Shown here: one piece after another, positions 27,228-39,056 of the stretch
Layout of the letters: the number at the start of each line of letters is the position of its first letter
Numbering within the stretch: the stretch's first letter is position 1
Assembly (NCBI GenBank): GCA_963693365.1
Contig: CAVNZM010000012.1
Location: forward strand, 8,870,001-8,934,000
Direction: 5' to 3'
Source of the DNA: Amoebidium appalachense
Taxonomy: Eukaryota > Protista > Ichthyosporea
DNA: 64,000 bases
Made by a program: the position numbers and the translations under genes
Notes under the pieces: model-generated
The model's input: only the letters and a program-made list of their open reading frames with translations
What the model was told of the DNA's origin: nothing
Databases searched by the model: none

Positions 27228-27370
27228 GTGTGTGTGTGTGTGTGCGCGCGTGTATGTGTGTGTGTGTGTGTGTGTCAGTGTGTGTGTGTCAGTGTGTGTG
27301 TGCGGTGTGTGTGTGTGTGTGTGTGTGGGTAGGTGAGTAGGTGTGTGTGTGTGGGTGTAGTGTGTGTATG

Positions 27371-27441
<71 letters not shown>

Positions 27442-27819
27442 GTGTGCGTGTATGTTTGTGTGTGTGTGTATGTGTGTGTGTGTGTGTGTGCGTGGCGTGT
27501 GTGTGTGTATGGTGGGGGGAAGGGAGGGGGGGGGAGAGCCCGGGGGAGGGGCGGCGGGGGGGGGGGGGGGGGGGGGGGGGGGGATATCCGTACTCTCTTC
27601 CACAGATCCTAGACATCCCTTCTTTCTTCCACTGCTCTTCCCTCTCTTCGACTTCTATCTCCTCCGCTCCCCCTCCACCCCCACACCCACCACACCCCCT
27701 TCCCCCCACCCAATCACCCCCGGCCACTCCCTCCGCCTCACCTACCTCTCCTAATCTTAGGCATAAACCCCTCTCCCCCTTCCCATCCCCCCCCCCCCCC
27801 CCCCCCCCCCACCCTGCAG

Positions 27820-27957
27820 ATGACTGCATGCAGCAACCTGATGGATGGGGAATTTTCACATCCCAGTGGCGTGCCCAGTTTCCTCGGGTGCATGTGGATT
27901 TGCAAGGGGGGCAGCATTGCGAATGTCGAAAATAATGCTGTGAATGTGGTGCGGTGA
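27820..27957 (+). pseudogene. Inverted decayed copy of the CRAL-TRIO last exon
   Basis: CTGCAG|ATGACTGC...CCCAGTGGCGTGCCCAGTTTCCTCGG...GAATGTCGAAAATAATG matches the reverse complement of 9187-9342, with indels. Confidence 0.75.
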
Positions 27958-29095
27958 TCATGAGTTGCAATAAGTATGCATGCACGAAGAGACGGGGGGA
28001 GGGATGGGTGGGGAGGGGGAGGAAGGGGATGATGGGGTGGGGTGGGGTGGGGGGGGGGGGGGGGGGGGGGGGGGAGAAGGGCGGGGGCGCAGATGAGTAC
28101 AAATGATCATGATATTCATGTATGCCAACAATGCACAGATGTATGAAATGCTTGTGCAGTTTGCAAAAAAAACATACATGTGCGCACAGGCACACAGGCC
28201 GCACACGCAGACAAATTTTGCGCACTTCCACCATGTTTTGCACGAACTATGTATGTACGAACGACGATACTAGGCTAGATTGCTGTATTAAGTGTTCATC
28301 AAGTAGTGCCTGGATATTATCAGTAGCCTAGATATTACGTCTAAAATTGCTTTCAAAGTAACATATATGTTAGTATACAAGTATGTGTTTTGCTTCTGTC
28401 AGGAAAAATTTGATTCTGAAATTTGAAAGTATGTTGCATGCCATTTACCTTTTATATATCGTATCGGTATACAAGTATGCCATGACTCATGAATGAAGGT
28501 GATGTTTATGATCGCCAAGTGTTACGGTATTTGAATATCAAACGTAGTACAAGCTGATTGTATCAGCATATCGATTAAATAACACCTCAAACTTAAATGA
28601 ACAACCCCAAAGTCTAAATAAAAACGTTCGTCCGTCGTAATGCCTCTCCCCCCCCCCCCCCACCCCCCCCCTCCCCTCCCCCCCCCCCCCCCCCCCCCCT
28701 TCCCCGGGGTGTTTCCCCGATAAGTTCCATGTATGCTTTGTCTCAACATCTTTCTATGGTGTGCAGATGGCCGGATGTCCATGTGTTCGTTTGCGCAAAC
28801 GGTGGGTGTGTGTGTGGGCGCACGGAGGGAGGGGGGGGGGGGGGAGGGAGGGGGGGGGGGGGGGGGGGCTTTGAAATATACCCAAAGGGTATGGAACGTG
28901 AAAAAGGGATCTGAACCAATCCAACTTGGATCCCATCCATTCATTTTTCCGGCCAGTGACGTCTCAACCCTGTCATGTGCCAGGCTAGGGACCTTCATCA
29001 TGGATCGACTGCTGCTATTAATAGTACCACCGGACCCACAATCGCAGCCCCGTTCAAGATACCTTCCCCACCGGCACATGCCACTGCTGCCAGCT

Positions 29096-29190
29096 GGGTG
29101 ACCCACCACAAATATGCAGCAACGGTGGCTGCAGCAAGCCGAAAAGGAAGTCTCCAGTGTTGAGACCCAAAATAATATCGGAGGTCACCC
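29096..29190 (+). ncRNA. Putative small stem-bounded ncRNA, unit 8 (95 nt; unit-4 subtype)
   Basis: ACCCACAATC (CCC at 29035) 61 bp before GGGTGACC; GGTCACCC at 29183-29190; internal TGCAGC..GCTGCA hairpin. Confidence 0.55.
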
Positions 29191-29835
29191 ACTCTGAATT
29201 TGCAAAACATGTAGCTCGTGACATGCTGCCCCTTCCCCCCCCCTCCCCCCCCCCTCCCCCCCCCCCTTCTCCCCCTCCCCCCCCACACAAACACACACAC
29301 ACACGCCTCCGCCACGTCTACCGACCCCACTCTACCCACCACCCCCTCCCTTCAAGTCCCCTGGGCACCACCAACACACCTTACCACCGCAGAACGCTTC
29401 CAATACCAACATCACGAACTCCAACCATCTCCACCTCCCTCATCTTCCCCTCTACCTCCAACCGACACCACCACACATCCATCGGCACACCCGTGTTATC
29501 TCAGGCCTAACTGTCACATGATATCCTCCACCCCCCCCCACCCCCCTCCCCCCCTTCATCCCTCCCCCTCCCATCCTCCCCCCCCCCCCCCCCCCCCCCC
29601 CCCGGCCACCTACAATATTAGCCCGGGTATTTGGCAATGGAACAGCATGCTCTTGGTGTGATTCAGATGTTACATACTGCAACACCCTCACACACTTCCA
29701 TGCTTTTCTCAACTTGCTGAATCATAATTTTTTCCGTCATGCCGGGTCACTCCTGTAGTGCTGCCCAATTTTGTCCCGAAATCACGATAGAAAACTTAAA
29801 TAGCTGCAACAACCATGCTACTACTTGCATGATTT

Positions 29836-29921
29836 GGGTGACCACCGACACATGATGCCTGCTGCTGGCTGCAGCCCGGCATACCTTCCTAGTTGTGGTC
29901 TTCGGGTTGAGAGGGTCACCC
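29836..29921 (+). ncRNA. Putative small stem-bounded ncRNA, unit 9 (86 nt; unit-3 subtype)
   Basis: TCCCGAAATC (29775) 61 bp upstream; GGGTGACC...GGTCACCC; AGAAATTTCTGCTGA downstream. Confidence 0.55.
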
Positions 29922-30950
29922 AGAAATTTCTGCTGATACACTCTGTCAACGCGCTATAAATTTGTGCCCTAAACTTCTACCATCCCCCAACCATTCAAAC
30001 AAAAATTTATGCTGCTGCGGCTGTAGTCGCAAAACTGAGTAGTCTTTTTAAAAAGGGTGTGACAGAAATTCTGTGTAGTGCTTTTACGATAATTTATTTT
30101 GTGATATTGAGCTAATGCATATGGGTCACAAAAGCAACACGTACGTTTGAGAAGGTGCTGTGCTGCACACTCGAGTTCACCCAAACAACCCCTACCTCAG
30201 TATTCAAAGTTTACCGTCCACGTGCACCCCACAACTGGCACCTGGTGCACCACATGTGAGCACATTTTTCGGTTCTCGGCCCTATAACTCCCGCTCACAA
30301 GATCCCCCCCCCCCCCCCAAACCCCCCCCCCCCCCCCCCCAAAAAAAAAAAAGAAGAAGAAGAAGAAGAAGAAGAAGAAGAAGAAGAAGAAGAAGAACTG
30401 AGAAGAGGACGAAGAAGAAGAAGAAGAAGAAGCACACCTTTCCCCCGTCCCCCTTCCCCTTCCTCCCTCGCCCCACTCCACATCCCTCTGACTCGGCGAG
30501 AACCCCTCCCTCCCCCCTCCCCTCCCTTTGCTCCCTCCTCCCCAACCCCGACACACATACACCTCGAGCTCCCCCCCCCCCCCCTCCCCCCCAAAAAATT
30601 AAAAAAATAAAAATAAAAAACCCCCACCTCTACACCCCTCTAGAGAACCCAACTATCACCGTGACTACAAAAGCATCAATAAGTATATGAATACAGTGAA
30701 GACCCTTTATGCCTCTGTAAAATATCAGCCCAATTCACCGGACTATATTCTACATGTGGTTCACCCTGTTTTCAACCTAATGAATATTCTTTGCGGTATG
30801 TTAAAGTTATCACATCTCACCCCAGTTCTATTATTGAGGTAGCCACCGTTTCCTAGAACTTCAGAATCTGACAAGTTACCCAATTTGTCCCGCAATCAAA
30901 GGTCCATTGTCATTGCTATTCACCACAGGCGGCAACAACTTGCAGCACTT

Positions 30951-31075
30951 GGGTGACCACCCACACACTGTGCCTGTTGTAAGGCAGCTTGGTGTTGTGA
31001 TCGTCTATGCTTTGCTGCCATCAGTACAAATGCCACAGGCCAGATACATGGCCTAAAGGCATGAGAGGGTCACCC
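30951..31075 (+). ncRNA. Putative small stem-bounded ncRNA, unit 10 (125 nt; unit-2 subtype)
   Basis: TCCCGCAATC (30889) 62 bp upstream; GGGTGACC...GGTCACCC with inner GTGCCT/AGGCAT pairing; ATAAATCTCTGCAGAA downstream. Confidence 0.55.
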
Positions 31076-31629
31076 ATAAATCTCTGCAGAAAGCAATTTC
31101 AACTTTACAGCAGTGTGTCCCTATATCCCACCGTCCCATAAATTATTGAAAAAAAAAAAAAGCAAACGCCAGTTTGAAGGCTGCCTATCACCCAACTTAC
31201 AGCCATAACCCCCCCCCCCCTCCCCTCCCCTCCCCCCACCGACCGCCCGCCCCTCCTCCTTCCGCTACTGAACACACGAATCCTTTTCTTTTCTGATCAG
31301 TACGTGCCCTCTGCCCACTTTAAGACCAAGGGCAAGAAATCATAGAACGGAAATCAGCAATTCTTATAAATGTTTGTCAAAGCAATTTTTTCGTTCGCTG
31401 TGGTTCATAGGAGCAACATATGCGCGTGTTTTATCTCTCCACATCAGTGCTACTCCCCCCTCCTCCGACGAGCTCGGCCCTCCCTCTCCCTCTCTTAACC
31501 ACCCCCCCCCCCCCCCCCCCCCCCTCCCCCCCCATCACGCCTCTTCAATCCCAACTCAAATTGGAACACACAGCACGTGCACACGCGTAGTACATACGCA
31601 CACACACAGACATTCGCACGCACATACAC

Positions 31630-31670
<41 letters not shown>

Positions 31671-32166
31671 GCACACACACACACACACACAAGCCCACAC
31701 ACACACACACGCACACACACACACACACACGCTTGCACACAGACACAGGGATACTTAATGCACACACGCAAGCGCACACATTCGCATGCACACAGGCTCT
31801 GTGCCCCTCCCCCTTCTCCCCCCCCCCCCCCCCCCCCCCCCCCAAAAGAGAAAAAAAAACACAACACACACACACACACACACATAACACATGTATCGAC
31901 ACGGACACATGCACACAGCATGTACACACAGGCATACACACACACATACATGTGTGGACACTAGAAAGCACACATTTACGTACATAAGCTCCTGCAAATA
32001 CATCCCCCCTCCTTCCCCCCCCCCCCCCCCCCCATCCGACTTTTTCCTGTCCCTGATTCCGAATCCTCCCTTTGTCTTGCCAGGACCGTTACGGTCTGTG
32101 TTACCTACTTCATTTCTGTTTTTATGTTTCCTGTGTACCGCCTCTGCAGTTTCCTTCTGTTTTCAA

Positions 32167-32209
<43 letters not shown>

Positions 32210-32656
32210 AAAAAAAAAAAAACCGGACACACATGCATTTCCCTCCTCATCGCTTTTCAGAACGGTCTTTGGACTTTGTGCCTGTGCTGCTCCGCCTCTG
32301 CATCAATGTTTTTTATGAGATATTAATTTTTTGTAATAACATTTCCTTTTACGGCAAATACATTCGTTTCCTCTTATAATATGACACATTCATTTTATTC
32401 TATGGATTATCCATTTCCTTTTCTGTTAGAATCGATTTCCTTTGTAACATATCCATGTGCATGCACGTGTCGAGCGAACCACACACAGAATTCAAGCCTC
32501 CGTCTCCCCCCCCCTCCCCCCTCCCCCCCCCCCCCCCCCCCCCCCTTCCTCCCTGCCTTCCTCCCCTCACACCTTTCCGCGCGCACACAGATTCCTAAGG
32601 TATACGGTAATTTTCCAACAGTCCTGAAGCCGTTTACCCGGCCCCTGCTTCCTGCC

Positions 32657-32692
<36 letters not shown>

Positions 32693-32800
32693 ATGACTGT
32701 GTGTAAAAACAAAAGGGATGGGAAGCGAAAATTGACAAATTGCACATTGATTTCCAGAGCCGTACCCATCTGGCCCAGAGGGGTTCGTGCACGTGTAGGG
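32693..32800 (+). pseudogene. Highly decayed inverted copy of the CRAL-TRIO last exon
   Basis: MTVCKNKRDGKRKLTNCTLISRAVP aligns to MTVCSNLMDGERNLTNFELDPSGVP. Confidence 0.6.
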
Positions 32801-33103
32801 AGGGGAGGGGGGAGGGGGGGGGGGGGGAGGGGGGGGGGTTTGCTTGGAAAAATAAACTTCCCCCGGTGGACTTGCCACGGGGGAATGTAAGGTGGGATCG
32901 AGGACCAATCCCACACGAAGCCCATCCATTCATTTTCCCGTTGGTGGTGTCTATTATCATATGATCATATCATAACGGGTCCAGCTGCAGCCTGGCTTAT
33001 GACAGGGCTTATTCATGTCATGGATTGACGTCTACCACCCGGCCCACAATCGCAGCCCCACCCAAGACACCTTCCCCACCGGCACATGCCACTGCTGCCA
33101 GCT

Positions 33104-33205
33104 GGGTGACCCACCACACATGCAGCAACAGTATATGCAGCAACAGTGGCTAAAAAAAGAGTTCTTTCTTGTTCGTTAGAACTCAATTGGTCTGTAAGGT
33201 CACCC
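33104..33205 (+). ncRNA. Putative small stem-bounded ncRNA, unit 11 (102 nt; unit-4 subtype)
   Basis: GCCCACAATC (33043) 61 bp upstream; GGGTGACC...GGTCACCC. Confidence 0.55.
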
Positions 33206-33238
33206 ACATTCGCACTTTGAAGCATAGAAGTCGTCACA

Positions 33239-33329
<91 letters not shown>

Positions 33330-33425
33330 ACCCACACCCACCACCACCACCGAACAATCACCACCACAGACGCTTTCCTTCCCTATATGGGGGAAGAGTT
33401 GGGATAAACACACCCAGCACAACCT

Positions 33426-33472
<47 letters not shown>

Positions 33473-34059
33473 AGACAAATGGCATAATACTGCCCGAATT
33501 CATTCTCACCCTTTCAAAACTCACATTACAATATGGAACCCAAGACTTGCTAAGGCTTTCGCTTTCCATCTTTACCCCCAGCACCTTTAAAATGAGAGGG
33601 CAATGTTTCTAAACACCTGGAGCCTTTATATCTGCTACTGTATTTTATTTGTATTCAGGGAGAACGAGGAATCTGTTTGAATACGTCAACACGTTTGAGA
33701 AGTGTTAAGGAGGCACAGGCTGAATTGGTTGCCATAGACTCAGTAGCTAGAATGATATTGAGTTTAGAATGCAGTGTTGTTTTAAATTATTTTTCATGAA
33801 TACTTTGGCTGAATTTTGTGAAACACACCTGATTTTCTTAGTTCCTGTTGGTGCCCTCATCATTACTATATAAGGGCCGTGAGTTTCTTTTCTGCAGCTG
33901 AAGCATATGCCCAATTGCTCCTTTTCCTAGTCACCACCAACCAACCAGAACGGGACCCAGTTGGCATTCTGTCCCACATCACTACAGGGGTCATCCACTT
34001 ATAAGATAACAGGTAAATACGGTTTAGGGTCTAAAATCGGCCGTAGGGTTCATTATCTT

Positions 34060-34108
<49 letters not shown>

Positions 34109-34214
34109 CGCCTGTCCGCCCGCCCGCCCGCCCGCCTCGGCCCTGTAGGTCCTTCTTCTAGGCTGCAGGAGTTTTTTTTTTTTTTTTTTAAAGGAGGACG
34201 GGGGGAGGGGAGGG

Positions 34215-34890
34215 AACACACACACACACCGTGCACCGTGACACGGAGACACGGAGACACACACACACACACATTGTGATACACACGCGCGCACACACAC
34301 ACACACCACACACAAACACACCCAGTGACAAACGAGCACAAAATCCAAATGAACACGAAGACCTACGGGCACATTTTTGCACAACCCCCTCCACCCCCCC
34401 CACTCTCCCCCTCCCCTACCCACAAAAAAACAAAATAAAAAAAACCTCCGCGCCCATAATTATTAGAAAGCACCCACAGGATAGGAGGGGGGAAAGGGGA
34501 GAGAGAGAGAGGGGGGGGGGGGGGGAGGGGGGGGGAGGGGGGAGAACATTGGGAGGAGACGCAACACACACCGTGCACCGTCACACGGACGCACACACAA
34601 ACTGCACACACACACACATTGTGATATACACATGTACACACACACCAACACACACAACACACACACACAAGCACACAGATGGCAAACGAGCACAAAGTCC
34701 AAATGTATACGTACGCACGGACACATGCACACATTTTCGCACACACACACACACACACCCCCTCCCCCCTCCCCCCCCCCCCCCCCCCCCCCCTCCCCCC
34801 CCCCCTCCCCCCGAAAAATAAAAAAAATAAAACCTCTCCGCCCATAAAGAGGACCCACATGTACACGATAGGGGTTGGAAACAGGAAGGT

Positions 34891-34923
<33 letters not shown>

Positions 34924-35111
34924 TACGCACACACACACCGTGCACAGTCACACGGACACACACACAAAAACACACACGCACACACACATTGTGATACACA
35001 CACGTGCACACACACACACACACACACAAACCCAGGGTCAAACAAACACAAAATCCAAATGTACACACAGACATATGCATACATTTTCGCACAGCCGCCC
35101 TCCCCCTCCGC

Positions 35112-35188
<77 letters not shown>

Positions 35189-35283
35189 AAAACACCCTGC
35201 ACAGCAGCCCAAAAAAAGGACCGACAGGCCAGGGGGAAAGGGGGGAGGGGGAACCACACACACCGTGCACGATGACCCAGCCG

Positions 35284-35327
<44 letters not shown>

Positions 35328-35480
35328 ACACACAGACACACACACGTTGTGATACACATACTTGCACACGCACACCACACACACACACACCCAAACACAC
35401 AGTGGGGGACAAACGAACACAAAAACCAAACGTACACACACTCTCAGATATATGCACACATTTTCGCACAGAAAGGTGCA
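34215..35480. repeat. Degenerate ~340-bp tandem repeat x4
   Basis: CACACCGTGCAC...CATTGTGATACAC...ACAAACGAGCACAAAATCCAAATG...ACATTTTCGCAC recurs near 34225, 34567, 34934 and 35258. Confidence 0.8.
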
Positions 35481-35558
35481 TAGCAGAGCCGGGGGGAGTC
35501 CCTGTCCGAGCACCGTGGGCCTTTAATGTAAGCAGGTACAATATTTCTTAGCCGGTTG

Positions 35559-35659
<101 letters not shown>

Positions 35660-36072
35660 ACACACACATAAATACACACACACACTGCATTTTTCGGTCT
35701 GTTGATTGGTAACGAAGCAAGAGCTTCCAGAGGACTCCAAGCTAATCAGAAAAGAAATATGATCAGATTCTGCTGCACAGAAAAGGACTTTTCTTGTGCA
35801 CAGCCCAACTTCGTAATAATAATACTAGACTAGATTAAATAAGTAAGGAAGGCACAGCCCCCCTCAGAATCCCCCCGTCCCCCCCCCCCCCCCCCCCCCC
35901 CTTCCCCCTTACCTTATTTCCCCCTCAGCCTCGGTAGCCCCCAGAAGCTTAGTTTTTTCCAAAAAATCTATTACTAATTATATAGGTGAATTATCTTAAT
36001 CCTTAATTACCCCTGTAAGTTGAAAAACTATACTAAAGTTTGACTACAACAGGCTAGAGATTGTCCCCATTT

Positions 36073-36186
36073 GGGTGACCAACCACGGTGCCTGCTGCAG
36101 CAGCAGATCCTTGAGCATTGTTGACTCACAGTAGGGCTCAGTGCCAGAGCATCTCACAGCTATGGAGATGAGAGGGAGGGTCACAC
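36073..36186 (+). ncRNA. Degenerate stem-bounded ncRNA, unit 12 (114 nt)
   Basis: GGGTGACC...GGTCACAC; ATAACTCTTTGCTGAA downstream; upstream box degenerate (ACCCCTGTAA ~62 bp upstream). Confidence 0.4.
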
Positions 36187-37059
36187 ATAACTCTTTGCTG
36201 AAACCCAAGCAAAACCACCCCTCCTCCCCCCCCCCCCCCCCCCCCCCCTTCCCCCCTTGCCCCCGTCCTCTTCTCCAAAAGAGGAAAAAAAAAAAAAAGA
36301 CACCTTGACCCACCATTGATTCATGCAACCTCTGACCAGATTCGTAACTTTGCAATTGTTCTAAGAGCTGATGGAAGGAGGAAAGAGCGAGGAAAACACA
36401 TCTCAGTGTCAGTAATTCTGAATGAAATGAAACAATCTAAACCTGGGGAGGAACTCAAATGGATATCGGATGTGGGTGGGTGAGTGGTTCGGTGGGCTGG
36501 GTGAGTGGGTGGTTTTTTTTTTTTTTTTTTTTGGGGGGGGGGGGGGTAGGGAGGGATACCGGGTGTGAGGGAATGGGGGTGGGGTTGGGGGGGGGGGGAG
36601 GGGGAGGGGGGGGGGGGGTTTGGGGGGGGGGGGGGGGGGAGGGGAGGGGGGAGGGGGGGGGGGGGGGGGGGAGGGGGAGGAGGGAGGGGGGCAACGAGGT
36701 AGACTTGCTGCATTTTGTGCCAAAAAAGCAGAACTTTTCTTGAAGCCTTGCAAACGAGTTCTATAATTTCAAATTTGGTGCTCGGTACTTGTCCCTTTAC
36801 AGGCAGTAGGTAAGACAGCATCTATTCAATATTCCCCGCCAGTGTGCACGAGATGGCGTAAGGACATCACCACCAGCCAATTCTTTTTTTTAGTTTCATT
36901 TCATATGCGGAGTGACTATTGAGGGAGTCATACCAACAACCAAATTACAAAAGCGCAACCTGCTACATTGCCAATGGCTATTTACTGTAACCGAACCCGT
37001 CCCACAACCACAGCTACAACAGTTATCGTATGGGTCGGCCACTCATATCTCGGTCAGTT

Positions 37060-37148
37060 GGGTGACCCCAAAAGCAATATTAATACATGCCACAGTGGTG
37101 GCAGCAGTACGTGAGGAGTCCAATGCCCTTCCCTTGGATGGGTCGCCC
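37060..37148 (+). ncRNA. Putative small stem-bounded ncRNA, unit 13 (89 nt; divergent subtype)
   Basis: GTCCCACAAC (37001) 59 bp upstream; GGGTGACCC...GGGTCGCCC (one U-G pair); TTGCCGAA downstream; flanks not recognisably related to the other units. Confidence 0.5.
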
Positions 37149-37374
37149 AATAAAGCCATTGCCGAAATCAAACCAAAACATATGCCCCCCCCCCCCCCCC
37201 CCTCCCCCCCTCCCCCCCCCCCCCCCCCCCCTCCCCCCGCCCGCCGCCCTCCCTTCTCCCCCACCCCTACCCCCTCAGGCCCCATCCTCCATCCCCCTAC
37301 ATGACAAATAACTTCATAATACCTCCCCTCAAAGTTCCCCCCCTCCCCCCCCCCCCCCCCCCCGGCACACACGT

Positions 37375-37411
<37 letters not shown>

Positions 37412-38747
37412 CGCTCAAAACATAAGCGCAAGTGCTGACTCACGGCCTGAGTATTCTACGGTAACCTGCCGGTAGGCAACTAACAGAAACCCTATCAGAA
37501 CAAAAATAAGGACATTAAGGAAGGTGGTGGCAGGTCACCGTAAACGATTCGAGCAAAGAAGAACACGAACGTGGAAGCAGAGTGGCAAGACTATAAGCAG
37601 GTTGGTTGCTCATTAATGTATTTTACTTCGTTTTTTCGAATTCTCTTTCTTTTTTGTTGTTTGTTTAATCCCACTGATGTATATGTGATATGGGTAGAAA
37701 ATGACAGAGTTTTTGGTTTTACACTTAATGTTGTTTGAGTAACATCCGGGTTTGCTGAGGCCAGCTGGGTTCTTCCCCCGTGCTCCCAACCCCTCCCCCC
37801 CCCCCCCACCCCCTCCCCCCCCCATAGAACAGCGAGGGGACCGGGGGGGGGGGGGGGGGGGGAGGGGAGAGAAGCAGAAAGGCCTCGCTGGGAACGGGGC
37901 GGGGGGGGGGGGGGGGGGGGGATTATATAGGTATCAGGACAAAAATAGGGGCACTAAGGAAGGAGGTTGAAGGTAGCCGATGAGGAAAGACCACATATAA
38001 ATGAAAGCAAAGTGGCAAGGCTATGAGCAGGTTACTTATTCCAACATTGAGTTTGTTTTTTCGAATTCTCTTTTCTTTTCTTTTTTGTTTTTGTGTTTCC
38101 TTTTTTTTATTTTTATTTTTTTCCTTTTTCTTTTTTTCTTTTCTTTTCTTTTCTTTTCTTTTTTTTGGGGGGGGGGGGGGGGGGGGGGGGGGGAGAGGGG
38201 GCAATCAAGAGAGGAAGGGGGGAAGGGGGGGAGGGGGTGGGGGTGGAGGGGGAGGGAGATTGTCACCTCTTTTTTTTTAGCGCTTCTCACGGGCAGACTC
38301 TGAATATGAAATAATGTGACTTTAACCTAATAATGTCTCACCACTTCTTAAACCCCGCTTTTATCATCCGTCAGGACAATAGACATTTCCCTGCGAACTT
38401 GTCTAATCTTGTTGCTCCCCCCCCCCCCCCCCCCCCCCCCCCTCCCCTTCCACCCCCGCCCCCCCCTGCCCCGAACCCCCTAAACACCTATACCCGCTGA
38501 CACTAGGAGAAAGAAGCGAAGATCAGATGAAGGAATAGAGGTGATGCATCTACTTTCAAATGTCCCCTCATGGAGAAGCGAAGCAGTTTGCCTTTACAAC
38601 CGGTAGAACACAGACAGATGTTTCACGCACATGAGCAGGCATGTGCTAATGTGAACATGCCCCTGCCCGTGACGGTGACGGTGCCACTGAGCCCGGAAAA
38701 AAAAAAAAAAAACATCGTACGCGCATGGGTGTACGCGTGCGCGCGCC

Positions 38748-38820
<73 letters not shown>

Positions 38821-38962
38821 GCGCGCGCGTGCGCGCACGCGCACGCATGCACACATGCGCCCACCTACACGCACCCACATGCACACACATGCATAAACAC
38901 AAACACACACACACACACACGCGCGCGCGCACACGCACACACACACCAGACACACACACACA

Positions 38963-39056
<94 letters not shown>

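Larger units (their letters stand above)
27600..31600. repeat. Diverged inverted copy of the ~1.5-5.4 kb block
   Basis: Collinear reverse-complement matches: 27620-27990 vs 4990-5340, 28480-28640 vs 4470-4610, 29000-29230 vs 4070-4280, 30100-30170 vs 2630-2710, 30880-31150 vs 2030-2240, 31280-31440 vs 1650-1810. Confidence 0.85.

Noticed and set aside
33970-34050. GTCCCACATC, a plant-USE-like box
   Set aside because: No stem-bounded unit or recognisable snRNA ~60 bp downstream; could be an orphan or chance match.
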